Assembly: GCA_965249315.1 (NCBI GenBank)
Contig: OZ252225.1
Location: 143,141-207,140, forward strand
Direction of reading: 5' to 3'
Length of the DNA stretch: 64,000 nucleotides
Origin: Dehalococcoidia bacterium
Lineage (GTDB): Bacteria; Chloroflexota; Dehalococcoidia; Lucifugimonadales; UBA1127
In this document: in pieces, positions 44,280 through 53,110 of the stretch
Position numbering within the stretch: position 1 is the first letter of the stretch
How the letters are laid out: each line of letters begins with the position of its first letter
The notes under the pieces: generated by a model
Database searches by the model: none
What the model was told of the DNA's origin: nothing
The model's input: the letters and a program-made list of their open reading frames with translations, nothing else
Translations under genes and position numbers: made by a program

Positions 44280-45529
44280 TGCGAGTCCTAGTCGTGGGAG
44301 CAGGAGGACGGGAGCACGCCATCGCATGGCGTCTGCGGTCGAGTCCTGGGGTGACGGACCTGTTGTTGGCGCCGGGCAATGCGGGGACCGCGCAGATAGC
44401 AACCAACCTCCCGATCGAGGCGACAGACCTCCCGGGGCTCTTGGAAGCAGCCCGCTCCCGGAATGTAGACATGACTGTCGTGGGACCGGAGGCGCCACTG
44501 GCCGCAGGCATAGTGGACCTGTTTCGGGAGCATGGGCTGCGGGTTGTCGGCCCGACACGTGCTGCCGCACGGATCGAAAGCTCCAAGTCATACGCGAAGG
44601 AACTGATGGCCAGGTACGGCATCCCCACGGCCCGGTCCTGGGTCTTCCACGCGCCCGCAGAGGCACGGGCCCACGTGGCGGAGGCCCCGATGCCCCTAGT
44701 CGTGAAAGCTGACGGATTAACAGGGGGGAAAGGCGTGACGATCTGCCGCAGTCGCGAGGAGGCCTTGCGCGCCATCAACGTCTGCATGGAGGAGCGGGTC
44801 TACGGCGATGCCGGCGCCAGTATCCTGGTCGAGGAATACCTTGAAGGGCAGGAAGTGAGCGTCTTCGCCTTCACCGACGGCGTCTATATCTCTCCCTTGA
44901 CGGCCGCTTGTGACTACAAGCGGCTCCTGGAGGGCAACGAGGGTCCCAATACCGGGGGCATAGGCAGCTACAGCCCACCCCGGTTCTGGTCCGAGGAACT
45001 GAGCCAGGAGATCGAAGACCGAATCGTGCGCCCAGTGGTGGAAGCCTTGGCCCAGGAGGGCCATCCGTACCAGGGGGCGCTCTACGCCGGGCTGATGCTC
45101 ACGGAGAGCGGCCCCAAGGTGCTGGAGTTCAACTGCCGACTCGGCGATCCGGAAACACAGGTGGTCCTGCCTCGGCTGGCCTCCGATTTCCTGGATGTGT
45201 TGACGGCTGTGGCCGATGGTACACTAGACTGGTGCCCCGTCGAATGGACAGGCCCGGTTTGCACGGGGGTCGTGCTGGCATCCGAGGGCTACCCGCAAGC
45301 ATACCGGACGGGCCACCCGGTGTCCGGCCTAGGCAACATAGACTCAGACGCATGGGTATTCCACGCAGGCACACGCCAGATCGGCGCAGAGGTTGTCACT
45401 GCGGGAGGCAGGGTGCTGATGGTGGTCGGTCAGGGGAACTCGCTCGAGGAGGCCCGAGAGCACGCCTACCGGAACGTCCAGCGGGTCCACTTTTCGGGAG
45501 CGTACTATCGACGGGATATAGGAGCGTGA
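44279..45529 (+). CDS. purD: phosphoribosylamine--glycine ligase
   Basis: MRVLVVGAGGREHAIAW N-terminus and ATP-grasp blocks. ATG 44279 overlaps the vapC stop (TGATG). The ORF's extension to 44024 is rejected. Confidence 0.93.
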   Translation: MRVLVVGAGGREHAIAWRLRSSPGVTDLLLAPGNAGTAQIATNLPIEATDLPGLLEAARSRNVDMTVVGPEAPLAAGIVDLFREHGLRVVGPTRAAARIESSKSYAKELMARYGIPTARSWVFHAPAEARAHVAEAPMPLVVKADGLTGGKGVTICRSREEALRAINVCMEERVYGDAGASILVEEYLEGQEVSVFAFTDGVYISPLTAACDYKRLLEGNEGPNTGGIGSYSPPRFWSEELSQEIEDRIVRPVVEALAQEGHPYQGALYAGLMLTESGPKVLEFNCRLGDPETQVVLPRLASDFLDVLTAVADGTLDWCPVEWTGPVCTGVVLASEGYPQAYRTGHPVSGLGNIDSDAWVFHAGTRQIGAEVVTAGGRVLMVVGQGNSLEEAREHAYRNVQRVHFSGAYYRRDIGA

Positions 45530-45608
45530 AGAGGCACAGGCCGGCTTGCACGGTTGGAAGGAAGATGCCGACGATGCGAAGACCAGACGTTGGAAGGGAG
45601 GACCTGGC

Positions 45609-46085
45609 TTGAGCGCTGAGACTACTGCCCCCTTAGTGGGCTTGGTGATGGGCAGTCGTTCGGATGAGCACTACCTCGAGGATACCTGCAAAGTGCTAGA
45701 CGACATGGGGGTCCCGTACGAGGTCCATGCGTTGTCGGCGCACAGGACGCCGGAGAAGGTTGCGACATACGGACGGACGGCGCAGGAACGGGGCCTAGAG
45801 GTGCTCATTGCTGCGGCGGGTGGGTCCGCTGCGCTCCCAGGATCGTTGGCAGCGTGGACAGATCTGCCCGTCATCGGCATTCCGCTGCCGAGCAGCGAGC
45901 TCAGGGGCGTGGACGCACTCTACGCTATCGTGCAGATGCCGCCGGGCGTCCCGGTGGGCTGCATGGCCGTAGGCGCATGGGGCGCCCGCAACGCGGCCTA
46001 CATGGCCGCGTCGATCCTCGGGCTCAAGCATCCGGCCATCGCCGCTGCGTATCGGGAGTACCGCGAGCGGCTGCGGGCAGGGTAG
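45609..46085 (+). CDS. purE: N5-carboxyaminoimidazole ribonucleotide mutase (class I PurE)
   Basis: VMGSRSD and SAHRTP motifs. Start proposed at TTG 45609, after AAGGGAGGA. Confidence 0.88.
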   Translation: MSAETTAPLVGLVMGSRSDEHYLEDTCKVLDDMGVPYEVHALSAHRTPEKVATYGRTAQERGLEVLIAAAGGSAALPGSLAAWTDLPVIGIPLPSSELRGVDALYAIVQMPPGVPVGCMAVGAWGARNAAYMAASILGLKHPAIAAAYREYRERLRAG

Positions 46086-46089
46086 CGCA

Positions 46090-46785
46090 GTGTCAGTGAG
46101 ACAACCGGAAAAAGACGAACCCGGCCTGGCGCTGCTCGTCGACTTCGACGACACCGCTGCAGCGCAGAACGTGGCCGAGCTGCTGTTGGAGCGTTTCGGC
46201 GGCGGCGACTGGCGAAAGATACGAGAGGAGTTCCGCCGAGGCGAGAGCAATCTACGCACGTACCAAGAGGACGCTTTTGCCACGACAGATGCGTCCGAAA
46301 AGGAGATGCAGGAGTACGTGAGACAGAGGGCCGCTCTACGCGAGGGCTTTCTAGAACTGGTACGTTACTGTCTAGCGACTGGTATCCATGTGGCTATCGC
46401 CTCCAATGGGTTGACTTTCTACATTCGTGCGCTGCTGGACCAGCACGATCTGACGAAGAACGTACCCGTCTACGCCATCGAGTCACGATCGGCGCCCGGC
46501 GACGCTAACTTCGCCTATCCGTACGCCACGGAGACCTGCTGGGAGTGGGGCAATTGCAAGTGTCGAGTACTGGAGATCTACCGGGCCAACGGATGCCGGG
46601 TGTTGTTTGCCGGAGACGGCAACTCAGACGCCTGCGCAGCAGGACGGGCTGACTTTGTGTATGCGCGGTCCAAGTTGCTTGAACACTGCCAGGAGAGAGG
46701 TATCCCGCATCAGGCCTTTGAGGAGTTCACCACGGTACTCGCGGACATTCAACGACAGCACGCGGCGTCGCCTACGAGCCGGTAG
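46090..46785 (+). CDS. HAD-IB family phosphatase (MtnX / phosphoserine-phosphatase-like)
   Basis: HAD motif I LLVDFDDT and motif IV FAGDGNSDACAA. A Cys cluster CWEWGNCKC. GTG start. Confidence 0.7.
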   Translation: MSVRQPEKDEPGLALLVDFDDTAAAQNVAELLLERFGGGDWRKIREEFRRGESNLRTYQEDAFATTDASEKEMQEYVRQRAALREGFLELVRYCLATGIHVAIASNGLTFYIRALLDQHDLTKNVPVYAIESRSAPGDANFAYPYATETCWEWGNCKCRVLEIYRANGCRVLFAGDGNSDACAAGRADFVYARSKLLEHCQERGIPHQAFEEFTTVLADIQRQHAASPTSR

Positions 46786-46836
46786 GACTAAGGCTATGGT
46801 ATTCTGTGGAAGGGACCACGCCCAGGACGTAGCTGC

Positions 46837-48129
46837 ATGATCGACCGTTATTCGCGCCCGGATATGAAACGGGTCTGGTCGGAGGAGCACAAGTACGACC
46901 TGTGGCTCCGCGTCGAGTTGGCAGTGTGCGAAGCCTGGACGGAGGAAGGGGTCATCCCACCGGAGGACATGGTCCTTCTCCGCAAAGCCAGGCACGATCA
47001 AGACCGTCTGCAGGAGATCTTTCAACGGACCCGCCACGACATGACAGCTTTCACGCGCTCCATCACGGAACGCCTGGGCCCCGAGGGACGATGGATCCAC
47101 CTGGGCCTCACCTCAAGCGACGTGCTGGATACTGCGCTCGGCCTCCAGATGAAAGAGGCGGCGGAGCTGCTGGACCGGGACATGCGCGCGTTACGGGACG
47201 TGCTGTGGGACCGAGCGGTGGAGTTCAAAGAGACGTCCATGATGGGCCGCACCCACGGCGTGCACGCGGAACCCACTACGTTTGGCCTTAAGCTGGCCCT
47301 GTGGTGGGCTGAGGTAGAGCGGCAGAGGCAGCGTTTGACCCGGGCCACGGAGGAAATCGCCGTGGGCAAGATCTCCGGGGCTGTAGGAACCTACGCCACG
47401 CTCTCGCCTGCCCTTGAAGAGCGGGTCTGCGCCCATCTGGGACTCGTCCCCGACCCGGTTTCCAGCCAGATCGTGCAGCGGGACCGCCATGCGCACTTCG
47501 TCACGACTCTGGCCCTTATCGCCGCCTCGCTGGAGAAGTTCGCCACGGAGGTCCGGCATCTCCAGCGCACAGAGGTCCGGGAGGTCGAGGAGCCGTTCGG
47601 GGAAGGACAGACGGGCTCCTCATCCATGCCTCACAAGCGCAACCCAGAACTCTCCGAGCGGGTCTGCGGCCTAGCCCGGCTGGTGAGAGGACACGCCCTG
47701 ACTGCCATGGAGAACGTGGCCCTCTGGCACGAGCGGGACATCAGCCACTCTTCAGCGGAGCGTCTTACCATCCCCGACTCCTGCCTGGCCTTGGACTACA
47801 TCCTGGATCTGTTCACCGGCGTCATGCGAGGCCTCCGCGTCTACCCCGACCGTATGTGGAGCAACATGGAGTCGACCAGCGGGCTGGTCTTCTCCCAGCG
47901 GGTGCTGCTGGCCCTGGTGGAGCAGGGGATGAGCCGGGAGCAAGCGTACAGCGCCGTGCAGCGGAACGCACTTCGAGCCTGGGACGAAGGCGAAGACCTG
48001 CGCGATCTATTGCGCCGCGACCCGGAGGTGTCGAGTACACTGTCAGGGTCGGACCTGGAGGAGCTCTTCGATTACGGGTACTATACGCGTTATGTCGACC
48101 AGATTTTTGAGCGATTGGGGTTGCAATGA
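46837..48129 (+). CDS. purB: adenylosuccinate lyase
   Basis: Fumarate-lyase signature GSSSMPHKRNP. N-terminal RYSRPDMKRVWSEE. Confidence 0.95.
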   Translation: MIDRYSRPDMKRVWSEEHKYDLWLRVELAVCEAWTEEGVIPPEDMVLLRKARHDQDRLQEIFQRTRHDMTAFTRSITERLGPEGRWIHLGLTSSDVLDTALGLQMKEAAELLDRDMRALRDVLWDRAVEFKETSMMGRTHGVHAEPTTFGLKLALWWAEVERQRQRLTRATEEIAVGKISGAVGTYATLSPALEERVCAHLGLVPDPVSSQIVQRDRHAHFVTTLALIAASLEKFATEVRHLQRTEVREVEEPFGEGQTGSSSMPHKRNPELSERVCGLARLVRGHALTAMENVALWHERDISHSSAERLTIPDSCLALDYILDLFTGVMRGLRVYPDRMWSNMESTSGLVFSQRVLLALVEQGMSREQAYSAVQRNALRAWDEGEDLRDLLRRDPEVSSTLSGSDLEELFDYGYYTRYVDQIFERLGLQ

Positions 48130-49031
48130 CGAGTCCATCTGCCATAGCCGAGACCAATCTTCCTAATCTCCTCCATCGAGGGAAGGTGCGGGACACCTAC
48201 GACCTTGGGGACGGTCTGTTGCTCATGGTGGCCACAGACCGCATCTCGGCCTTCGATGTGGTGCTGCCCACACCCGTCCCAGAGAAGGGCGTGGTGCTGG
48301 CGGGCCTGTCGGCCTTCTGGTTCCACCAAACGCAGCACCTAGTCCCCAACCACCTTGTCGCGATGGCGGAGGACCAGGAAGGCCTGAAGGGACGCTCGCT
48401 GCCGGAGATGCCCCATGAGGTCGCCCGCCGGGCGATGGTGGTGCATCGCGCCGAAAGACTGGACGTGGAGTGCGTTGCCCGCGGGTACATCACCGGCTCG
48501 GCTTGGGGAGAGTACCAGCGTACGGGGACAGTGAACGGGGAGCCCATGCCCGCGGGGCTCCAGGAAGGGGACCGATTTCCCCAGCCCCTATTCACCCCGA
48601 CGACCAAGGCGGAGACGGGCCACGATCAGCCCATCTCCCGGGACGAGCTTCCCAGTGTAGTGGGCGAGGAGCTAGCGGCAGAACTGGAGCGTCTGACCGT
48701 TTCGGTTTACCAGTGGGCCCACGACTACGCTCTGCGTCGGGGCATCATCCTCGCCGACACGAAGGTGGAGTTCGGGACGCTGAACGGCCAGCTCATCCTC
48801 ATAGACGAACTCCTGACCCCCGACTCGAGCCGCTTCTGGGATGGCGCCTCATACAAACCGGGCCAGAGCCAACCGAACTACGACAAGCAATACGTGCGCG
48901 ACTGGCTGACAGCCGCAGGATGGGACCGCGAGCCACCAGCCCCGGAGCTACCTCCGGATGTGGTGGAACGGAGCCGTGAACGATACCTCGAAGCGTACCG
49001 CCTTCTGACCGGCACATCCGTGCCCCAGTGA
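48126..49031 (+). CDS. purC: phosphoribosylaminoimidazole-succinocarboxamide synthase
   Basis: GKVRDTY and ATDRISAFD motifs. ATGA overlap with purB. Confidence 0.93.
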   Translation: MTSPSAIAETNLPNLLHRGKVRDTYDLGDGLLLMVATDRISAFDVVLPTPVPEKGVVLAGLSAFWFHQTQHLVPNHLVAMAEDQEGLKGRSLPEMPHEVARRAMVVHRAERLDVECVARGYITGSAWGEYQRTGTVNGEPMPAGLQEGDRFPQPLFTPTTKAETGHDQPISRDELPSVVGEELAAELERLTVSVYQWAHDYALRRGIILADTKVEFGTLNGQLILIDELLTPDSSRFWDGASYKPGQSQPNYDKQYVRDWLTAAGWDREPPAPELPPDVVERSRERYLEAYRLLTGTSVPQ

Positions 49032-49037
49032 TGCGCA

Positions 49038-49724
49038 ATGGCTAGACCAAGACAGGAGAGACCACAGCAGGGCAAGGCGCAGCAGGCCAGGGCCCGACGC
49101 GAGGCGGGGCGTGACGCCCGCAGGACTCGCCGGGGCAGGTTCCGTCGCGTCCGTCGCTACCTCATCATCGCGGGCCTGGGGATCATCATCGCACTCCTCA
49201 TCGCTGGGCTTGTGCTTCCGGGTGCGATACCGCCGGCGGCTCAGACTCCCGTTTCCCGCACTGGCCCGGGGCTCGTTCAACCGGACCTGGGACGGGGCCA
49301 CTTCGACGTGGGTGTGGGAGCGCCCGCGAACTACTACACCACCTACCCCCCAACCTCGGGCAGTCACTCGCCAGGTTGGACCAATTGCGGCATCCACCAG
49401 AGCCCCGTCGAGGACGAGGTGCTGGTGCACAACCTGGAGCACGGCTTCGTCAACATCCAGTACAACACGGAAGACGAGACCCTGATCGAAGAGCTCAAGA
49501 CAGCGGCCGAAGGGCTCCCTGGCTGGCCGGACTACTATATCCTGACGCCCTATCCCAGCCTGGACCGAGACAGTCCAATTGCGCTGACGGCGTGGCAGGT
49601 CATCCAATACCTGGACACGGCGGACGCTGCGGCCATGGAAGACTTCGCCAACGCTTACCGGACCTTCGGCCCCGAGATCGCATCCGGGTGTGCTCCGGGT
49701 GGATTCATGCAAGCCGGGGGCTAG
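49038..49724 (+). CDS. membrane-anchored DUF3105-like protein
   Basis: Basic N-terminus, one TM helix, and the PPTSGSH...LEHGFV pattern I associate with DUF3105. Confidence 0.6.
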   Translation: MARPRQERPQQGKAQQARARREAGRDARRTRRGRFRRVRRYLIIAGLGIIIALLIAGLVLPGAIPPAAQTPVSRTGPGLVQPDLGRGHFDVGVGAPANYYTTYPPTSGSHSPGWTNCGIHQSPVEDEVLVHNLEHGFVNIQYNTEDETLIEELKTAAEGLPGWPDYYILTPYPSLDRDSPIALTAWQVIQYLDTADAAAMEDFANAYRTFGPEIASGCAPGGFMQAGG

Positions 49725-49735
49725 AGAGGACGCTC

Positions 49736-49993
49736 GTGCAGTTCCTGGCCACGGTCCGGGTTGTCCTCAAACCCACTGTGAATGATCCCCAGGGCTTGAC
49801 CGTACAGAGCGCCCTGGGATCCCTGGGCTTCAACTCCGTGACCCGCGTCCGCGTGGGCAAACACCTAGAGGTGGCGCTGGAGGCAGCCGACCGAGAAGAA
49901 GCGGCCGCGCTAGTGCAGGAGATGTGTCGCCAGCTTCTGACCAACACGGTCATCGAGACCTTCGACTACGAGCTGGCAGAGCAGTCTGGCTAG
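49736..49993 (+). CDS. purS: phosphoribosylformylglycinamidine synthase subunit PurS
   Basis: 85 aa, V(K/L)P.V.DPQG pattern (VVLKPTVNDPQGLTV). GTG 49736 after GAGAGGA. It lies in-frame within the listed ORF 49376..49993. Confidence 0.8.
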   Translation: MQFLATVRVVLKPTVNDPQGLTVQSALGSLGFNSVTRVRVGKHLEVALEAADREEAAALVQEMCRQLLTNTVIETFDYELAEQSG

Positions 49994-50066
49994 GTCTCCG
50001 GTTCATCCTTCAGAACGGATGCTGGCCTCGCCCTAGAGAAAGGGCCTGCCCGAGAGCGTGGCGCAG

Positions 50067-50666
50067 CTAGGAGAGGGTCCCCTTGGTGCTGGGCACGTCG
50101 CCTCCACGGCGGGGATCGAGACGTACCGCGTCGCCCAGAGCCCTGGCCAGTGCCTTGAAAAGGGCTTCTGCCTTGTGATGGTCGTTCACACCGGCTAGGA
50201 GCCTAGCGTGGAGGGTAAACCGGCCCTCGGAGGCAAGGGTTTCCAGGAAGTGCCGCACGAGGTCGCTCGGCAGGTGCTCCACGTACTCTGCCGTCAGCCC
50301 GGTCTCGACGACTGCATAGCCTCGACCGCTGAGGTCCAAGGCCACCCGAGCCAGGGCTTCGTCGAGCGGGACGAGTGCGTGGGCCATACGAACGATACCC
50401 CGTCCATCGCCAACGGCCTCGTGTAGGGCCCGGCCCAGGCCTATCGCCACGTCCTCCACGGTGTGGTGCCAGCCGGTCTCCAGGTCTCCCTTCGCGTGGA
50501 CGGTCAAGTCCAAGAGGCCATGGCGAGCCAGCTGCGCCAGAAAGTGGTCCAGGGTGCCGTTCCCTGTGTCGAGCTGGTATTTCCCCGTCCCATCGAGTGT
50601 GAGCTCTACGGTGACCTGGGTCTCCCCTGTCTCTCGGTGGAACTTGGCCCTTCGCGGCTCCGTCAT
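50067..50666 (-). CDS. hisB: imidazoleglycerol-phosphate dehydratase (monofunctional)
   Basis: RETGETQVTVELTLDG and the HH..E and H..EA.FKA blocks. The ATG overlaps the hisC stop (ATGA). There is no N-terminal HAD phosphatase domain. Confidence 0.93.
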   Translation of the reverse strand: MTEPRRAKFHRETGETQVTVELTLDGTGKYQLDTGNGTLDHFLAQLARHGLLDLTVHAKGDLETGWHHTVEDVAIGLGRALHEAVGDGRGIVRMAHALVPLDEALARVALDLSGRGYAVVETGLTAEYVEHLPSDLVRHFLETLASEGRFTLHARLLAGVNDHHKAEALFKALARALGDAVRLDPRRGGDVPSTKGTLS

Positions 50667-51766
50667 GACTGCTCCTCCAGGACGTCGGTCAGGGCCTGTA
50701 GCAGTACGTCTGTCTGGGTAGGCGTACCCGCGCTGATGCGCAGACAGTCGGCGACGCTGGGGTCGCTGAAGTAGCGCACGAAGACGCCTCTCCGAGCCAG
50801 CCCCTGTTGGACGGGCCGAGCCATGCCGGGGGGGAACCGGCACAGGAGGAAGTTCCCGTGCGACGGGTAGCAGTAGAGGCCCGGGATCTGGCCGAGGCGA
50901 GACGCCATGCGGTCTCGCTCCTGCACGAGCGTCGCCACATTAGCCAGCAGTGTCTCACGGTCTGCCAGCGATGCGAGCAAGGCCACTTCGGTGGCGACGG
51001 TGAGGTTGTAGGGAGGCTTGATGGTCATGAGGCGCTCCGCCACCACGGGCGCCATGATCCCGTACCCCAGACGCATCCCGGCCAATCCCGCCCACTTGCT
51101 CAGCGTCCGGAGGATGACGAGGTTATCGTACTCTTCGACCAGCGGGGCGACGGTGGCGCCGCAGAACTCGTAGTAGGTTTCGTCGACAACGACCATGATT
51201 CCCAGGTCGAGCAGCGCCCGGACGCAGTCACGGCTGGAGAGCGTGCCCGTGGGGTTGTTGGGGTTCGCAAGGAAGAGCAGCTTGGTCCTAGGGCCGATAG
51301 CGCTCTGCACGGCCTCGAAGTCGACGTCGAAAGTCTCGTTGCGGGGCACGGAGATGAGGTGGCCGGCCTGTATCTGCACCACGACCGGGTACATGCCGAA
51401 GGTAGGAGGTAGGTCGATGGCCTGGTCGCCCGGGCCGAGGAAGAGGCGCGCGAGCAGGTCTATGAGCTCGTCTGCGCCGGCGCCCGCCACCAGGTTGTCG
51501 ACAGGCGCGCCGGTGTAGTCGGCGAGGGCATGGCGGACCTGGCGCTGGGCAGGATCCGGGTAGATGTGGTAGGAGTGCTTTGCAAGAGCCTCCGCCACTT
51601 TGGGCGACGAGCCGTAGGGGTTCTCATTCCCGTCGATCTTGACGATCTCGTCGGGGGAGACGCCCATCCTCTCAGCCGCCACGTGCGGCGGGTCCACGGC
51701 GGGGTAGGCCGCCATATCCCGCAAGTGGGGCTGGAAGAGACCGGCGGCATGGCGAGTCTGCGTCAT
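50663..51766 (-). CDS. hisC: histidinol-phosphate aminotransferase
   Basis: NPNNPTG and PLP-lysine TLSKWAGLAGMRLGY. Confidence 0.92.
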   Translation of the reverse strand: MTQTRHAAGLFQPHLRDMAAYPAVDPPHVAAERMGVSPDEIVKIDGNENPYGSSPKVAEALAKHSYHIYPDPAQRQVRHALADYTGAPVDNLVAGAGADELIDLLARLFLGPGDQAIDLPPTFGMYPVVVQIQAGHLISVPRNETFDVDFEAVQSAIGPRTKLLFLANPNNPTGTLSSRDCVRALLDLGIMVVVDETYYEFCGATVAPLVEEYDNLVILRTLSKWAGLAGMRLGYGIMAPVVAERLMTIKPPYNLTVATEVALLASLADRETLLANVATLVQERDRMASRLGQIPGLYCYPSHGNFLLCRFPPGMARPVQQGLARRGVFVRYFSDPSVADCLRISAGTPTQTDVLLQALTDVLEEQS

Positions 51767-51769
51767 CGC

Positions 51770-53110
51770 CTATCCTCCTCGTGCGCGGCGTCGTCGCGGC
51801 TGGCGAAGTCGGAGAGCGCGAGCGTGCGCATCAAACCCTTCGGCCTTGGCCACCTGCACTCCGATAGGCACCAAGGCGGCGACAGTGGCGGCATCCATCC
51901 CCACCAGGGATGTGACCTTCAGGAACTGGTGCACGCCTAGGGGCGAGCTGAACCGAGCGGTGGCGCCTGTGGGCATGACGTGGCTGGGTCCCGCAACGTA
52001 GTCGCCAAGGACCTCTGGGGAGCCTTCTCCGACGAAGACGCCGCCGGCGTTGCGCACGCTTCTCACCCAGGACCACGGGTCCGCGACGGAGAGGCAGAGA
52101 TGTTCCGGGGCATAGAGGTTCGCCAGTTCGACCGCCTCCTCCAGAGTGTCGACGAGCACCGCGGCGCCCTGGGCCTCGAGCGCGGCCGCGGCCACATCCT
52201 TGCGCGACAGGTGTTCGAGCTGTCGCGCTATCTGCTCTTCGACGCGGGAAAGGAGCCTCTCAGACGTGGTGATGAAGATGGGCGATGCAAGAGGATCGTG
52301 CTCCGCCTGACCGAGAAGGTCCGCCGCACAGCGCACCGGGTCTGCTTGATCGTCGGCAATGACGATGGTCTCCGAAGGCCCATAGAGGCCGTCCACGCCC
52401 ACGTGGCCGTAGACCATACGCTTCGCCAGGGTGACGAAGAGCCCGCCAGGACCGCAAACCATGTCCACGCGCGGCACAGTGTCAGTGCCGTAGGCCATGG
52501 CAGCGATGGCCTGGGCACCGCCGATCTGGAAGACTCTATCGACGCCAGCGATGTAGGCAGCCGCCAGCACGGCAGCGCCGGAAGCACCAGCACCGGGGGA
52601 GGGGAAGGCCATGACTATCTCGCGAACGCCGGCGACCCGAGCCGGGACCACTGTCATGAGAACGGTAGAAGGGTACAAGGCCGTGCCGCCGGGAATATAG
52701 ATGCCCACCCGCTCAAGGGGAGTGAACAGCTCTCCATAACCTCCGACGTAGTCAACCCAGCTCCGGGGCAGGCTGGCGCGTTGGAATTCCTCCACTCGTC
52801 GGGCCACCGCGCGCAACGCCTGTCGAAGCCCCCGCGGTGTGCGCATGTAGGCCTTCCGCCACTCCTCCCTGGGCACTTCCAGGGAGGCCAGCTCGACACC
52901 ATCCAGGCGTTGGGTGTACTCACGAAGAGCCTCGTCTCCCTTCGCACGCACGTCTGCGAGGATTCGGGCCACAGCTTCGGGCGGCGTAAGCCGTTCTCCG
53001 AACCGCTGGGCGAAGCTGTCCAGCAGAGCGGGGGAGATGTCTTCCCAATGGCCCTGGACGGAGCGGGCGAGAAGCCGACGCCCCTCTTCGACGCCGCGAG
53101 CTACACGCAT
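51770..53110 (-). CDS. hisD: histidinol dehydrogenase
   Basis: GGAQAIAAMAYGT, GPGG/GPSE and EH...H blocks. ATG 53110 overlaps the upstream gene by 10 nt. Confidence 0.92.
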   Translation of the reverse strand: MRVARGVEEGRRLLARSVQGHWEDISPALLDSFAQRFGERLTPPEAVARILADVRAKGDEALREYTQRLDGVELASLEVPREEWRKAYMRTPRGLRQALRAVARRVEEFQRASLPRSWVDYVGGYGELFTPLERVGIYIPGGTALYPSTVLMTVVPARVAGVREIVMAFPSPGAGASGAAVLAAAYIAGVDRVFQIGGAQAIAAMAYGTDTVPRVDMVCGPGGLFVTLAKRMVYGHVGVDGLYGPSETIVIADDQADPVRCAADLLGQAEHDPLASPIFITTSERLLSRVEEQIARQLEHLSRKDVAAAALEAQGAAVLVDTLEEAVELANLYAPEHLCLSVADPWSWVRSVRNAGGVFVGEGSPEVLGDYVAGPSHVMPTGATARFSSPLGVHQFLKVTSLVGMDAATVAALVPIGVQVAKAEGFDAHARALRLRQPRRRRARGG

